This document shows positions 25,922-38,095 of a stretch of DNA of 64,000 nucleotides, piece by piece. Origin of the DNA: Eledone cirrhosa (taxonomy: Eukaryota). Under the pieces are notes generated by a model. It saw nothing but the letters and a program-made list of their open reading frames with translations, did no database searches and had not been told where the DNA came from. The position numbers and the translations under genes were made by a program. The stretch spans positions 11,780,001-11,844,000 of the forward strand of contig OZ024756.1 in assembly GCA_964016885.1 (NCBI GenBank), given 5' to 3'. Every line of letters starts with the position of its first letter. The stretch's first letter is position 1.

Positions 25922-27312
25922 TTTGAACACTGTACAAATATATTGAACACTGTGGAAATATATTGAACACTGTAAAAATGTATTCAACACTGTGCAAATA
26001 TATTGAAAACTGGAAATTTATTGAACACTGTGGAAATATATTGAACACTGGAAATTTATTGAACACTGTGGAAATATATTGAACACTGAAAATTTATTGA
26101 ACACTTTGGAAATTTATTGAACACTTTGGAAATTTATTGAACACTTTGGAAATTTATTGAACACTTTGGAAATTTATTGAACACTGTGGAAATATATTGA
26201 ACACTGTGGAAATATATTGAACACTTTGCAAATATATAGAACACTGTGGAAATATATTGAACACTGGAAATATATTGAACACTGGAAATATATTGAACAC
26301 TTTGGAAATATATTGAACACTTTGGAAATTTATTGAAGACTGAAAATTTATTTAACACTATGGAAATATATTGAACACTGTGGACATTTATTGAACACTG
26401 TGGAAATATATTGAACACTGCATATTGACAACTGTGGAAATATATTGAACATTTTGCAAATATATAGAACACTGTGGAAATATATTGAACACTGGAAATA
26501 TATTGAACACTGTGGAAATATATTGAACACTGCATATTGACAACTGTGGAAATATATTGAACATTTTGCAAATATATAGAACACTGGAAATATATTGAAC
26601 ACTGGAAATATATTGAACACTGTGGAAATATATTGAACACTGGAAATATATAGAACACTGTGGAAATATATTGAACACTGGAAATATATTGAACACTGTG
26701 GAAATATATTGAACACTGGAAATATATAGAACACTGTGGAAATATATTGAACACTGTACAAATATATTGAACACTGCAAATATATTGAACACTGGAAATA
26801 TATTGAACACTTTGGAAATATATTGAACACTGTGGAAATATATTGAACACTGGAAATATATAGAACACTGTGGAAATATATTGAACACTGGAAATATATT
26901 GAACACTTTGGAAATATATTGAACACTGTACAAATATATTGAACACTGGAAATATATTGAACACTGTGGAAATATATTGAACACTGGAAATATATAGAAC
27001 ACTGTGGAAATATATTGAACACTGTACAAATATATTGAACACTGCAAATATATTGAACACTGGAAATATATTGAACACTGCAAATATATTGAACACTGGA
27101 AATATATTGAACACTGTGGAAATATATTGAACACTGGAAATATATTGAACACTGCAAATATATTGAACACTGTGGAAATATATTGAACACTGTGGAAATA
27201 TATTGAACACTGGAAATATATTGAACACTGCAAATATATTGAACACTGGAAATATATTGAACACTGTGGAAATATATTGAGCACTAAAAATTTATTGAAA
27301 ACTGGAAATTTA
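25922..27312 (+). repeat. Minisatellite of 20-bp (acactgtggaaatatattga) and 18-bp variant units
   Basis: Direct reading; the three long minus-strand ORFs are repeat translations. Confidence 0.95.
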
Positions 27313-27706
27313 TATCTAAAAGCACTTGAATAATGTCTTCCTCTTCCTTATATTGTTTCTGTTGACTATACATATATGTGTATACATATATATGTATGTG
27401 TGTATACATATATGTGTGTGTATATATATATGTGTATGTGTGTGTATATATGTATGTGTGTGTATATATATAGATGTGTGTGTGTGTGCTCTCTTATTCC
27501 TACACACATACTTACCATAAACAGGTTAACCTTGACACAAATGTCTCTCTCTTTACACACACACCTCTCCCTCCTTCATTCATTAACCCCCCACCCCCTT
27601 CTCTGCCTCCACCCACTACTCATGGTAGTTCTCTCTCATCACTTGAAGCAACAATTACCATTTTCTTTTTTTTTTTTTTTTTTTGTAACTACTAATTTCA
27701 GCCAGA

Positions 27707-28650
27707 ATGTAATATATGTAATATATCATGTAATATATGGCATATATCATATGGTATATGTCATATATTACATGATATATGTAATATGTCATCATGTAAT
27801 AAATGTCATATATCATGTAATATATGGCATATATCATGTAATATATGTAATATATCATGTAATATATGGCATATATAGTGTAATATATGTAATATATCAT
27901 GCGATATGTCATGTAATAAATGTCATATATCATGTAATATATGGCATATATCATGTAATATATGTAATATACCATGTAATATACCATGTAATATATGTAA
28001 TATATCATGTAATATATGTCATATATCATGTAATATATGACATATATCATGTAATATATGTCATATACCATGTAATATATGGCATACATCATGTAATATA
28101 TGTCATATCATGTAATATATGGCATATATCAAGTAATATATGGCATATATTATGTAAAATATGTCATATACCATGTAATATATGGCATACATCATGTAAT
28201 ATATGTCATATATCATGTAATATATGGCATATATCATGTAATATATCGTGAAGGTGCATGGCTCAGTGGTTAGAGCTTCAGCCAATCCTGAGGTTGTGAG
28301 TTTAATTCTCAGACTGGGCTTTCGTTGTGTTTTTAAGTAAAACACTTTATTTTACGTTGTTCCAGTTCACTCAGCTGTAGAAATGAGTTTACCTAGCTAT
28401 GTCATATATCACATGATATATGACATACATCACATGATATATGGCATACATCTCATGATATATGTCATACATCACATGATATGTCATACATCACATGATA
28501 TATGACATAATATATACATTATATATACATAATATATGGCATACATCACGTGATGTATGGCATATGTCACGTGATGTATGGCATACGTCACGTGATGTAT
28601 GGCATACGTCACATGATATATGCCATATCATGTGATATATGACATATATG
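27707..28650. repeat. ~21-bp AT-rich minisatellite (tatatcatgtaatatatggca), split by a SINE
   Basis: Direct reading; the SINE lies at 28247-28390. Confidence 0.9.
28247..28390 (+). mobile_element. SINE family B head and core
   Basis: gtgcatggctcagtggttagagc...ttcactcagctgtagaaatgag. Confidence 0.8.
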
Positions 28651-28779
28651 ATGTTGTTTAACAGAAATTGTTTCATGTTCACTGACCTTAGAAGAACCCC
28701 ATCAAATCTTATCTTAATTACTACATTGGAAAATGGTTTTATTCTCTTCAAATCCCTGGCAACCAAATACTAAAGCCAG

Positions 28780-29297
28780 TCACCATCACCATCATCTCCA
28801 CCACCACCACCATCATCATCACGATCATCACCACCACCACCATCATCTCCACCCCACCTCCACCACCACCACCATCATCTCCATCACCACCACCATCACC
28901 ATCATCACCACCACCATCATCACCACCACCACCATCACCACCATCATCACCACCACCATCACCACATCTTCCATCATCACTCACCATAACCATCATCACC
29001 ATCACCACTATTACCACCACCACCACCATCACCATCACCACTATTACAACCACCACCATCACCACCACCACCATCATCACCACATCCTCCATCATCACTC
29101 ACCATAACCATCATCACCATCACCATCACTACCATCACCACTATTACCACCACCACCACCACCACCATCATCGTCACCACCACCATCACCACCATCACCA
29201 TCATCACCATCACTACCATCACCACTATTACCACCACCACCACCACCACCACATCCATCATCACCACCATCCCCACCATAGTCATCATCATCATCAT
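28780..29297. repeat. (CAC)/(CAT) trinucleotide repeat
   Basis: Direct reading. Confidence 0.95.
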
Positions 29298-29315
29298 AAT
29301 TTTAATCATTATTGG

Positions 29316-29525
29316 TGTATTGACAGCATTGACATAGCATCGGACAACATCGATTTGTGGCATGGAGTTGTGGCCCTTTACATTCTGAGTTCAAATCCCG
29401 CCGAGGTTAGCTTTGCCTTTCATCCTCACGGGGGGTCGATAAAAGAAAGTACCGGTAATGCACTGGGGTTGATTCAGTCGGGCTTTCTCTTTCGAATTGC
29501 TGGCCTTGTGCCAAATGTAGAAACA
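29316..29525 (+). mobile_element. SINE family A
   Basis: Box B gagttcaaatcc, core and tail are present. Confidence 0.8.
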
Positions 29526-29687
29526 GTTGCTTTTATTGGTGACATTGAGTTTAGTAAATGAAATAATACTAATGACCCTCTTACTACTACTGTAGGACTA
29601 ATGGTGTGGTGAGAGGCTGGAACCTACAGTAGTTCAGTCACACACCCAATATAGGGGTTAGCATGGGGTCCTACAGTGGGTGGGTGA

Positions 29688-30230
29688 TGTCTGTGTGTGT
29701 GGGGGGTGTTAGTATGTGTGTGGGGGAGTATGTTAGTATGTTAGTGTGTGTGTGTGAGAGATGTCTGTGTGTGTTAGTATGTTAGTGTGTGTGTGGGTGG
29801 GGGAGTATGTTAGTGTGTGTGTGAGAGATGTCTGTGTGTGTTAGTATGTTAGTGTGTGTGTGTGAGAGATGTCTGTGTGTGTGGGTGGGGGTGTTAGTAT
29901 GTGTGTGGGGGAGTATGTTAGTGTGTGTGTGAGAGATGTCTGTGTGTGTTAGTATGTTAGTGTGTGTGTGTGAGAGATGGCTGTGTGTGTTAGTATGTTA
30001 GTGTGGGTGGGGGTGTTAGTATGTGTGTGGGGGAGTATGTTAGTGTGTGTGTTAGTATGTTAGTGTGTGTGTGAGAGATGTCTGTGTGTGTGTGTGAGAG
30101 ATGGCTGTGTGTGTTAGTATGTGTGTGTGTGTGGGTTGTCTACGTGTGTTAGTATGTTTGTGTGTGGGGGGGGGGGGGGGTCCGTGTGTGTTAGTATGTT
30201 AGTGTGGGGGGATGTCTGTGTGTTAGTTTT
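29688..30230. repeat. GT-rich minisatellite (gttagtatgttagtgtgtgtgtgagagatgtctgtgt variants)
   Basis: Direct reading. Confidence 0.85.
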
Positions 30231-30466
30231 ATGTTAAGAGGAGAGATGGGCCAGGGCAGAGAGAAGACAGGGGCGGGAGTAGAGAGGAGAGGTGGGTCAG
30301 GGTGGAGAGGAGTCCTCCATTGTTTTGTTATATACGCACCTGGGTCCTCTTATCACCATTGGCTGGGGTGGGGGTGGGGGGTCTACTAAGTGTTGTTGCA
30401 GTTTGTTCCTTATATTTTCAATGATATATATATATATATATATATATATATCTGTGTGTGTGTGTG

Positions 30467-31600
30467 TCATCATCATCATCATCATTTTATATTCACTTTT
30501 CCCTGCTTGCTAGGGTGGGACGGGCCTTATTCAGCATAGCATCTCTCCACTTGTCATGGTCGTTTGGAGCACGCAGGCTTCATTTCTTTCCAATCTACGC
30601 AAGTCTTCTGCACACACCACCCAGGTCTCATTACCATGCAACATAGCTGTACATATGCATGCATCATACAGTCTGCCTTTCATTCTGAGGGAGAAGCCTT
30701 TTGTAGCCAGCAGTGGTAGTAGCACCCTGAACTTCCTCCATCCCGTTCTTACTCTGGCTACTGTACTTTCAGAACACCCACCACAGCTCCTAATTCAGTC
30801 ACCCAAGTAGCAGAAGCTGTCTATTGTTTCTACAGAGCCTTCCCAGAATTTGGTAGCACTTGTTTCCTGTGGTTGTTTGATGCTTACTGTCCCGGCACAG
30901 CTGCTACATGTAAAGCCTACATTCTTAGCTAAACTTCCTGAGATCCCACTACATCTCTTGTGTACCCACAGTTTGCATATGCATATGGGGCAGATGATGG
31001 AGTTTCTACCAACACCTTTCCTACACACTGAACAAGGCTATTTCCCTGAGGGGATCTGAGTTCTGTTTTCTCTTCTACTTACTAGGACCTTAGCCTTTGT
31101 GAGGTTGACTTTGAGACCGCTTCTTTCTAGTCCCTGCTCCCATGTTTCGGATATCTTTTTTAGTTCCGTTATAAATGTAAGATCATCCACGTACAGAAGT
31201 TCCCATGGGCAGCTGGTCTTAAACTCCTCTGTTATAGCCTGCAATATGATAATAAACAGGAGCGGGCTAAGGACAGAGCCCTGGAGGACGACCACTTGTA
31301 CACTAAATTCCTCACTATAGTCATTGTTAATCCTGACTTTGCTGACTGCTCCTCTATACATGGCTTGGACAGCTTTCACAAGCCATTCATCTACTCCTAG
31401 TTTTCTAAGAACCCACCAGATTATGTCATGGAGCACTTTGTTGAAAGCTTTCTCCAGATCAATAAATGCTAGGTAGAGAGGCTTACTTTTAGCTAAGTAC
31501 TTTTCCTGTTACTGCCTCACAATGAAGATGGCATCAGTTGTGCTTTTGCTTGGCACAAATTCAAACTGCATCTCATCTAGTTTTACCCGGTCCCTAATCA
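30467..31600 (-). mobile_element. RTE-clade LINE fragment, reverse transcriptase region (pseudogenised), joined to the RTE 3' tail
   Basis: Reads DAIFIVRQ*QEKYL...LAFIDLEKAF..V....IWWVLRKLGV, QGSVLSPLLF, LLYVDDL, F.YLG and KGRLYDAC....MLHGNETW, with frameshifts and stops. The (ATG)n tail is at 30467-30484. Confidence 0.92.
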
Positions 31601-31654
31601 ACTGTACTACGAAGCAGATTTTCCTAATTAGGAAAATCTACTTCGTAGAATCAA

Positions 31655-31750
31655 GACGTATCTGAGGACCTTGCGATTTTCAGAGTCAGGTTCGATCATC
31701 ACATCGATCGTGTCTTGAGCTGGTTGCCAGAGAAACGATTGTAATATGTC
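31655..31750 (+). ncRNA. Type I hammerhead ribozyme fold with extended stem II, in a Penelope-like terminal fragment
   Basis: gacgtat-CTGAGGA-long hairpin-GAAAC gatt GTA-atatgtc. Stem I is 7 bp with one G.U, and AATAAA follows. The base of stem II is mismatched. Confidence 0.65.
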
Positions 31751-31872
31751 CAATAAATTCCATTCGTCGCAACACTGATTCTTTTTTTTTCTGTGATATC
31801 ATACTCTGCTCTATGAGGGCATTGAGTGCTCATACGGCCTACCACATACGGACGCTTTAAGCATCCAACACC

Positions 31873-31914
<42 letters not shown>

Positions 31915-32016
31915 CCAAAGATTAATATGGTTCATTTATTTCTCAATGAATATAGTTTTACAATATATTAAAAGCACTCTACAAAGAAGTTTTCTGGAGT
32001 TATTAATATTCTGAAT

Positions 32017-32050
<34 letters not shown>

Positions 32051-32139
32051 AGGTAAGTTATTCCAGGTTGAATCGGAGGTAACCACAGTAAGTAAAGTAC
32101 TCAATACATAGCAGAGTATAAAAGTTTTAATATAGATGG

Positions 32140-32188
32140 GATTCTACAGGACTAGAACTGTTTCATTCTTTAGAAATCATCAGGAATC
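32140..32188 (-). ncRNA. Type I hammerhead ribozyme fold
   Basis: On -: gattc-CTGATGA-tttc taaa gaat-GAAA cag ttctagtc ctg TA-gaatc. The triplet is GUA. Confidence 0.75.
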
Positions 32189-32254
32189 TGGCTTTCCAAA
32201 AATAAATTATAGGGAAAAAGCGGACATAAAATGAAATGAAATGAAATGAATATA

Positions 32255-32597
32255 TGGAGGCACATGGCTTAGTGGTTAGAGCATTGGCCTTGCAATCAAA
32301 AGGTTGTGAGTTCAATTCTCAGACTGGGTGATGTGTTGTTTCCTTGAGCAAGACATTTTATTTCACAATGCTCCAGTTTACTCAGCTGTAGAAATGAGAT
32401 GATAGGACTGTGTTCCCTATCAATCCACTGCAAAGTGGTCGTGAAGGTGCCACAGCAAAAAAGCACCCAGCACTCACTGTAAATGAGGTTGGTGTTAGGA
32501 AGGGCATCCAGCTGTAGAAATCAAGCCAGAATCAGTTCCCGTCCCACCCTTGCAAGCAGGGAAAAGCGGACGTAAACTGCTGATGGTGATGATGATA
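32255..32597 (+). mobile_element. SINE family B, full length
   Basis: Reverse-complement homolog of 24218-24578. Confidence 0.85.
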
Positions 32598-32689
32598 TAT
32601 AAGGTAAGTTATTCCGGGTTGAATCGGAGGTAACCACGGTAAGTAAGGTAGTCAATACATAGCAGAGTATAAAATGTTTAATATAGATG

Positions 32690-32740
32690 AGATTCTACAG
32701 GACTAGAACTGTTTCATTCTTTAGAAATCATCAGGAATCT
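32690..32740 (-). ncRNA. Type I hammerhead ribozyme fold (second copy of the ~165-bp direct repeat)
   Basis: On -: agattc-CTGATGA-tttctaaagaat-GAAAcagttctagtcctgTA-gaatct. Stem I is 6 bp. Confidence 0.75.
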
Positions 32741-32978
32741 GGTTTTCCAAAAATAAATTATATATATATATATATATATATTCATGGAAATTTGGGACTT
32801 GACTCCTTCTTACTCACTTTTCGTTGCTTCACCATCTTTGTTTGTTTACACTCTCGTGTCCCCTTTATTTACATGTCCCAACGACTTTCTTTAGCCGTTG
32901 CTCGCACCAACCGGAGGTATATGGTCTTTAAAGCGATGAAATACCGATGATGGTTGGAAGATCACTGATGAAGGACTA

Positions 32979-33014
<36 letters not shown>

Positions 33015-33167
33015 CAAGATGTATGGTAGGTCGTATGTGAATCGCGATGATCACGCCTGACCTACCAAATATGCGACGGTAGCTAGTTAAGCTCTATGCG
33101 TATAAGCAGAGCAGAAATATTAATGAAAAAGAACAAAGGAACTATTATGACATTATAACAAGTTTAT

Positions 33168-33214
33168 TGCCGACAGCCGTTTCGTCCGACCATATGGTGG
33201 GACTTTTCAAGGCA
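33168..33214 (-). ncRNA. Type I hammerhead ribozyme fold, U3-A8 core variant
   Basis: On -: tgcc-TTGAAAA-gtcc caccatatggtc ggac-GAAA cggctg TC-ggca, followed by AATAAA. The triplet is GUC. Confidence 0.75.
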
Positions 33215-33425
33215 TATAACATGTGATTGTAAGTTCATTATTTACATCAACGTTTCACTCAAGATTAGCAGTTTGAAATCGTGGTATACATCAACAGCTC
33301 CGCTTGTATATTTGGGGTCTATATTCTAAGGGGGTTCTTTTATATTAGTTGTAGGAGTTGTAAAAGGGATGGGTTATAGGGAGTTAAGAGAATTTGAAAA
33401 GGGCCTAAGAGTTAGGGATTGAAGG

Positions 33426-33460
<35 letters not shown>

Positions 33461-33465
<5 letters not shown>

Positions 33466-33648
33466 GTTTCTACTTTTGGCACAAGGCCAGCAATTACCCA
33501 GTGTATTACTGGTACTTTATTTTATCGACCCCATAAGGATGAAAGGCAAAGTTAACCTCGGCGGGATTTGAACTCAGAATGGCAAGGGCCGTAACTCTAT
33601 GCGTCAAAGCATGGCGTCCGACCCTCTACCGATACTGCCAATCCACTG

Positions 33649-33649
<1 letters not shown>
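33461..33649 (-). mobile_element. SINE family A, full length, inside (TA)n
   Basis: Reverse complement of family A. Confidence 0.88.
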
Positions 33650-33696
<47 letters not shown>

Positions 33697-33936
33697 AGAG
33701 AGTTAGGTGAGAATGATGGTATTTGTAGTTGGGAACCAAAGTCTCAACACCCACCACCCAGCCATCCAGCCAGGCTGAAGCCAACAGCAGAGGCAGCTGC
33801 AAGAAACTATAGTGATGTTTACTGATGGCACCATGTGATGATAACAGGAAGTGGCAATCATAAGTGTTATATTACAGAAGGTCTCCATCTCTATCTCTCT
33901 CTGTCTCACCCTCACACTCTCACTCACACTCTTAAA

Positions 33937-33975
<39 letters not shown>

Positions 33976-34203
33976 ACACACACACTCACACTCTCTCCAC
34001 ATTAAACCCATTGACTGATAACCTCTCCAACTGAACTGTCTCCATAATTACACCAGCTGTTGACAGGTGCCCTCACAAGCCAGGACATTCCCCCACCCCA
34101 CTCACCCCACCTGTACCTGTGTGTGTGTGTGTGTCTTCTCTCCATAGTAGCTGAGGTCTGTTATATTGCAGTGAAGTTTCAGTGATCATGTTAACCAGTG
34201 CAC

Positions 34204-34665
34204 TTATTTTATTTTATTTTATTTTATTTTATTTTATTTTATTTTATTTTATTTTATTTTATTTTATTTTATTTTATTTTATTTTATTTTATTTTATTTT
34301 ATTTTATTTTATTTTATTTTATTTTATTTTATTTTATTTTATTTTATTTTATTTTATTTTATTTTATTTTATTTTATTTTATTTTATTTTATTTTATTTT
34401 ATTTTATTTTATTTTATTTTATTTTATTTTATTTTATTTTATTTTATTTTATTTTATTTTATTTTATTTTATTTTATTTTATTTTATTTTATTTTATTTT
34501 ATTTTATTTTATTTTATTTTATTTTATTTTATTTTATTTTATTTTATTTTATTTTATTTTATTTTATTTTATTTTATTTTATTTTATTTTATTTTATTTT
34601 ATTTTATTTTATTTTATTTTATTTTATTTTATTTTATTTTATTTTATTTGTTTTTATTTTATTTG
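34204..34665. repeat. Perfect (TTTTA)n, ~89 copies
   Basis: Direct reading. Confidence 0.98.
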
Positions 34666-34804
34666 TTTCTTTGTTTAATTATTTATTTATTTAATTATTA
34701 AATTTTAGTTGTTTGACATGTTCAGATTGATAATAACTATACCCCCCCTCCCATACCAGGTGACAACCTCATTGCTTTGGTTACTAACCTGGACACTTCT
34801 GTGA

Positions 34805-35092
34805 CACACTGTATCTTGGACAGCAGCACCACACCACACTCACACACACATGCATACACATACACACATACACACTGTGTCTTGGACATCAGCACCACAC
34901 ACACACACACTCACGCACACACATACACTGTATCTTGGACATCAGGACCACACCACACACATACACACACACACTGTATCTTGGACATCAGGACCACACC
35001 ACACACATACACACACACACACACTGTATCTTGGACATCAGCACACACACACAGATGCACACACACATACACTGTATCTTGGACATCAGCAC
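34805..35092 (+). repeat. Minisatellite actgtatcttggacatcag plus (CA)n, ~6 copies
   Basis: Direct reading. Confidence 0.85.
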
Positions 35093-35777
35093 CCCTCCCC
35101 CCCACGCTCCCCCCCCCATACTAATATAATGTGTGTGTTATTTTTGTTTTACCTATATATCATAATTAACCTTTTGCTGATTAATTAATAATTGATGACA
35201 AATTTGGAGTCAGCAAGATCATCACCATCATTATCACCATCATCATCATCATCATCATTATCCTTATTGTCACCATCATCATCATCATCATTATCATTAT
35301 TGTCACCGTCATTATCATCATCATGGCGTGTTGGTTGTATGGTTTTTAGTATAGTTATGGAGAAGGAGCGATAACTCCTCCTGGGTGGGACCTCAGGTGA
35401 TGGACTGGGGAGTAGGTTAGCTATGAATATGGGAGATAAGCAGTCCCAGTCAGGTGGCCCTTTGACTGGTCCTACCATCCAAGAGAAACCCTGCTATGGT
35501 TGCAGTAAAGTTGAGTGTTTGCAGCGTGGTGGATGGTGATCTATGGACATGAATTTAAGTCAGAATTAACAGCACGTCTCATCTGATACTGAACTGAAGA
35601 TCCTATATATTTAGATATATCTATCTATCTATCTCTCTTTCTATCTGTTTATTCCAGAAAATATCATATATTTTCACTAACTGTGACAGTTGGCAGGTAA
35701 AAAGTATACAGTACTGATGAAGGGCAATAACCCCGAAGCATTAGTGTTTGGCCATTCTGTTTATATACCAACACAAG

Positions 35778-35958
35778 AGCAGTATCGGTAGAGGGTCGGA
35801 CGCCATGCTTTGATGCATAGAGTTACGACCCTTGCCATTCTGAGTTCAGATTCCGCCGAGGTTAACTTTGTCTTTCATCCTTACGGAGTCGATAAAATAA
35901 AGTTCCAGTAATGCACTGGGTAATTGCTGGCCTTGTGCCAAAAGTAGAAACAATTATT
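35778..35958 (+). mobile_element. SINE family A
   Basis: Matches family A throughout. Confidence 0.85.
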
Positions 35959-36031
35959 AATATTCGAAAAACTCAGATTCACATTTCTTGTATTCAGACA
36001 TGTAGAGCAATAAAACTATTTGTCATCTATC

Positions 36032-36062
<31 letters not shown>

Positions 36063-36072
36063 CTATCTATTT

Positions 36073-36428
36073 ATACTTCTTCCGATATCACTCCGGAAGA
36101 AGGATAAGAATGGAGAGAGAGGTGCTTGGCCACAGGCAGTTTTATGAAAGGTGGGTGATAGTGGCGAGAATGGCTCGTGTAAATGGGCCTTCTCTGTATA
36201 CCATCCTGTAAGTAAAGAAGTGAAGGAGAGGGGAGCACCTTTTCCATGTGCTCCCCGGGCAAAGGATTGCACACTTTTTCGGGGGGGGGGTGCAACCCCC
36301 ATCACGTCCCCTCCCTTTTGAGGTTGTTTTCGATTATTTTCATTTTATACCCTTTTTACTTGGTTTTATGTAAACTCCCCCTTTGTATTTGTCCCTTCTT
36401 TTTATGCCTTTATGGTAAATAAAGAAAT
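36073..36428 (+). mobile_element. Probable 3' end of an L1/Tx1-like LINE inserted in (ATCT)n
   Basis: YFFRYHSGRRIRMEREVLGHRQFYERWVIVARMARV..* resembles the R..E.....F..RW C-terminus of Tx1-type ORF2. A T-rich 3' UTR ends in AATAAAG, and (ATCT)n lies on both sides. Confidence 0.5.
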
Positions 36429-36547
36429 ATATCTATCTATCTATTTATCTATCTATCCAGAGAGTGTAACATAGATTCACCCAGGTGAGCACTCAGTGTT
36501 TAGATTCACGTCAGTGGCGAGGTGTAGAGCTAGACAGAGTGTAAATA

Positions 36548-37546
36548 TCTGTATATATATAAAATTATGTAAGTGTGTGTCTGTGTATTACCTATAGGGG
36601 CCTACATCTTACGACCGATTTTCATGAAACTTTACAGGCTCATAGATTAGTCATCGGGGAGTGTTTTCTATATATCAGTGTATTGTTTTTTTTATTCAGG
36701 GGTCATTCTGCAGATAAAAATCAATAGGGGGGAGTCACCTTTTTTTAGGTATCGAAAAATAAGATTTTTGGCTCTAGTTCCCATATTTTTTGCCACCAAT
36801 TTTGTTCAAATTTTAAAGCAAAATAGAATTTATCATTGCACATCCTGTAATGGCTTTATATTTTGCATTTGTTGTTCAGAGACGGCATGGCAGCCGCTTA
36901 AATATTCAAAAATACCACCTTTTAGACTCTAATTTCGGCTCTAGCTCCCACATTAATCAACCTACTTTGTTCAAATTTTACACTACGCTAGATCTGATTA
37001 TTTCACGTCTTAAAGTGGCTTTACATTTTGGATTTTTTATTCAGGAACGGCGTGGCAGCTGCTTAAATATTCGAAAATGCCACCTTTTCGCTCAAATTTC
37101 CGCCTTTTCGGCTCTAGATCCCACATTTTTCAACCGATTTCCTTCGAATTGGAAACTTCGGCTCCACGTCACACATAAATCAATTTATTTGGTTCAACTT
37201 TTATACTACGATAGAACCTATCATTGCACATCTTATAGATGGTCAAAGGCAAAATGATGGCCACTGACGTTGTCTGACCTTTTAGTTGTGTGTTTGAGAA
37301 TTCCTCGGTTTCCAATCAAGTAGCGTGAGGAAATTTGGCTTAGTGTTAGAGGTCATTACCACCCTCCCCCAGCATGCCCCTTCGTCAGTCACCCGCGTTT
37401 CTCAGTGATAGAGGTCGTCACTACCCTACCCCGCATGGCCTGTGTGTGGCCATAGATGAGTCGAGAAGCAATCGCTAAGATCAACACCTTTTCATCAAAG
37501 CAGATATTATTTTACCTACCCAGGCAACACTGGGTACTGCTGCTAG
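36548..37546 (+). mobile_element. Non-autonomous Helitron family H2
   Basis: A|TC 5' end (tctgtatatatataaaa), 3' hairpin tacccag-gcaaca-ctgggta, then CTAG|T; no TSD. Confidence 0.8.
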
Positions 37547-37549
37547 TAA

Positions 37550-37840
37550 TCTACTTATATATATAACCAGCAATTTCTCTGTCTGTCTGTCCGACAGTGG
37601 AAACACGTGCGTAGAGAGAGAGTGAGAGTGAAAGAAAGAGACAGACTACGAGAGGGGGATAGCGAGAGGGAGAGAGAGAGAGTGAATAGATGCTAAAACA
37701 GTGCTACAGAAACATTACCTTCCCCTCTCCACTGACTTTGGTCACTGAGGCCGAGGGAATCGCGCTGAACGCGTCATAATGACGTAATGCAGACAGCCAG
37801 CCATACAGACAGATATTATAAGGGCGCAACGTTATATCTA
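37550..37840 (+). mobile_element. Possible Helitron-like fragment
   Basis: Starts tctacttatatatataa...ctgtctgtctgtc like the neighbouring Helitron 5' ends; no clear 3' end. Confidence 0.4.
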
Positions 37841-37874
37841 TGTATCTATCTAAAAAGAAAGACTAAGAATTATA

Positions 37875-38059
37875 TAGAGAGAACGCTAAATCGCCTAATG
37901 CGGTCCCTAGGGCATTGAAAATTTGAAATAATTTTTGCTCAAAACACTCACAGGACCATAAGTATTACATGTCTAAAGTTTGAAAACAATCGGTTGGATG
38001 GTTCTCAAGTTTTAGTGAGCTGACAGACAGACAGACATTCTCTGTTTTAGATATATAGA
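37875..38059 (-). mobile_element. Helitron 5' fragment related to H1, opposite orientation
   Basis: On -: tctatatatctaaaacagagaatgtctgtctg...caaccgattgttttcaaacttt...ccctagggaccgcattagg. Confidence 0.7.
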
Positions 38060-38095
38060 CTAGCAGAAAACCGCCCCCGGGTGGTTTTCTGCTAG

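Noticed and set aside
26134-27284. Three overlapping 280-376 aa ORFs
   Set aside because: The 18/20-bp minisatellite lacks stops on the minus strand, and all frames give the same cyclic peptide.
32255-32330. tRNA genes at SINE heads
   Set aside because: Box A/B-like motifs are present, but there is no complete cloverleaf and the sequence continues into SINE core and tail.
34182-34701. (FYFIL)n hydrophobic ORFs
   Set aside because: Pure (TTTTA)n repeat.
35185-35478. Minus-strand ORF with PSPEVPPRR, resembling an SH3-binding motif
   Set aside because: An in-frame stop lies just upstream, it runs into a (GAT)n repeat, and there are no convincing splice sites.
35700-35750. Hammerhead at ctgatgaagggcaataaccccgaagc
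   Set aside because: GAAA is GAAG and no consistent stem I/III with an NUH triplet could be built; at most a relic.
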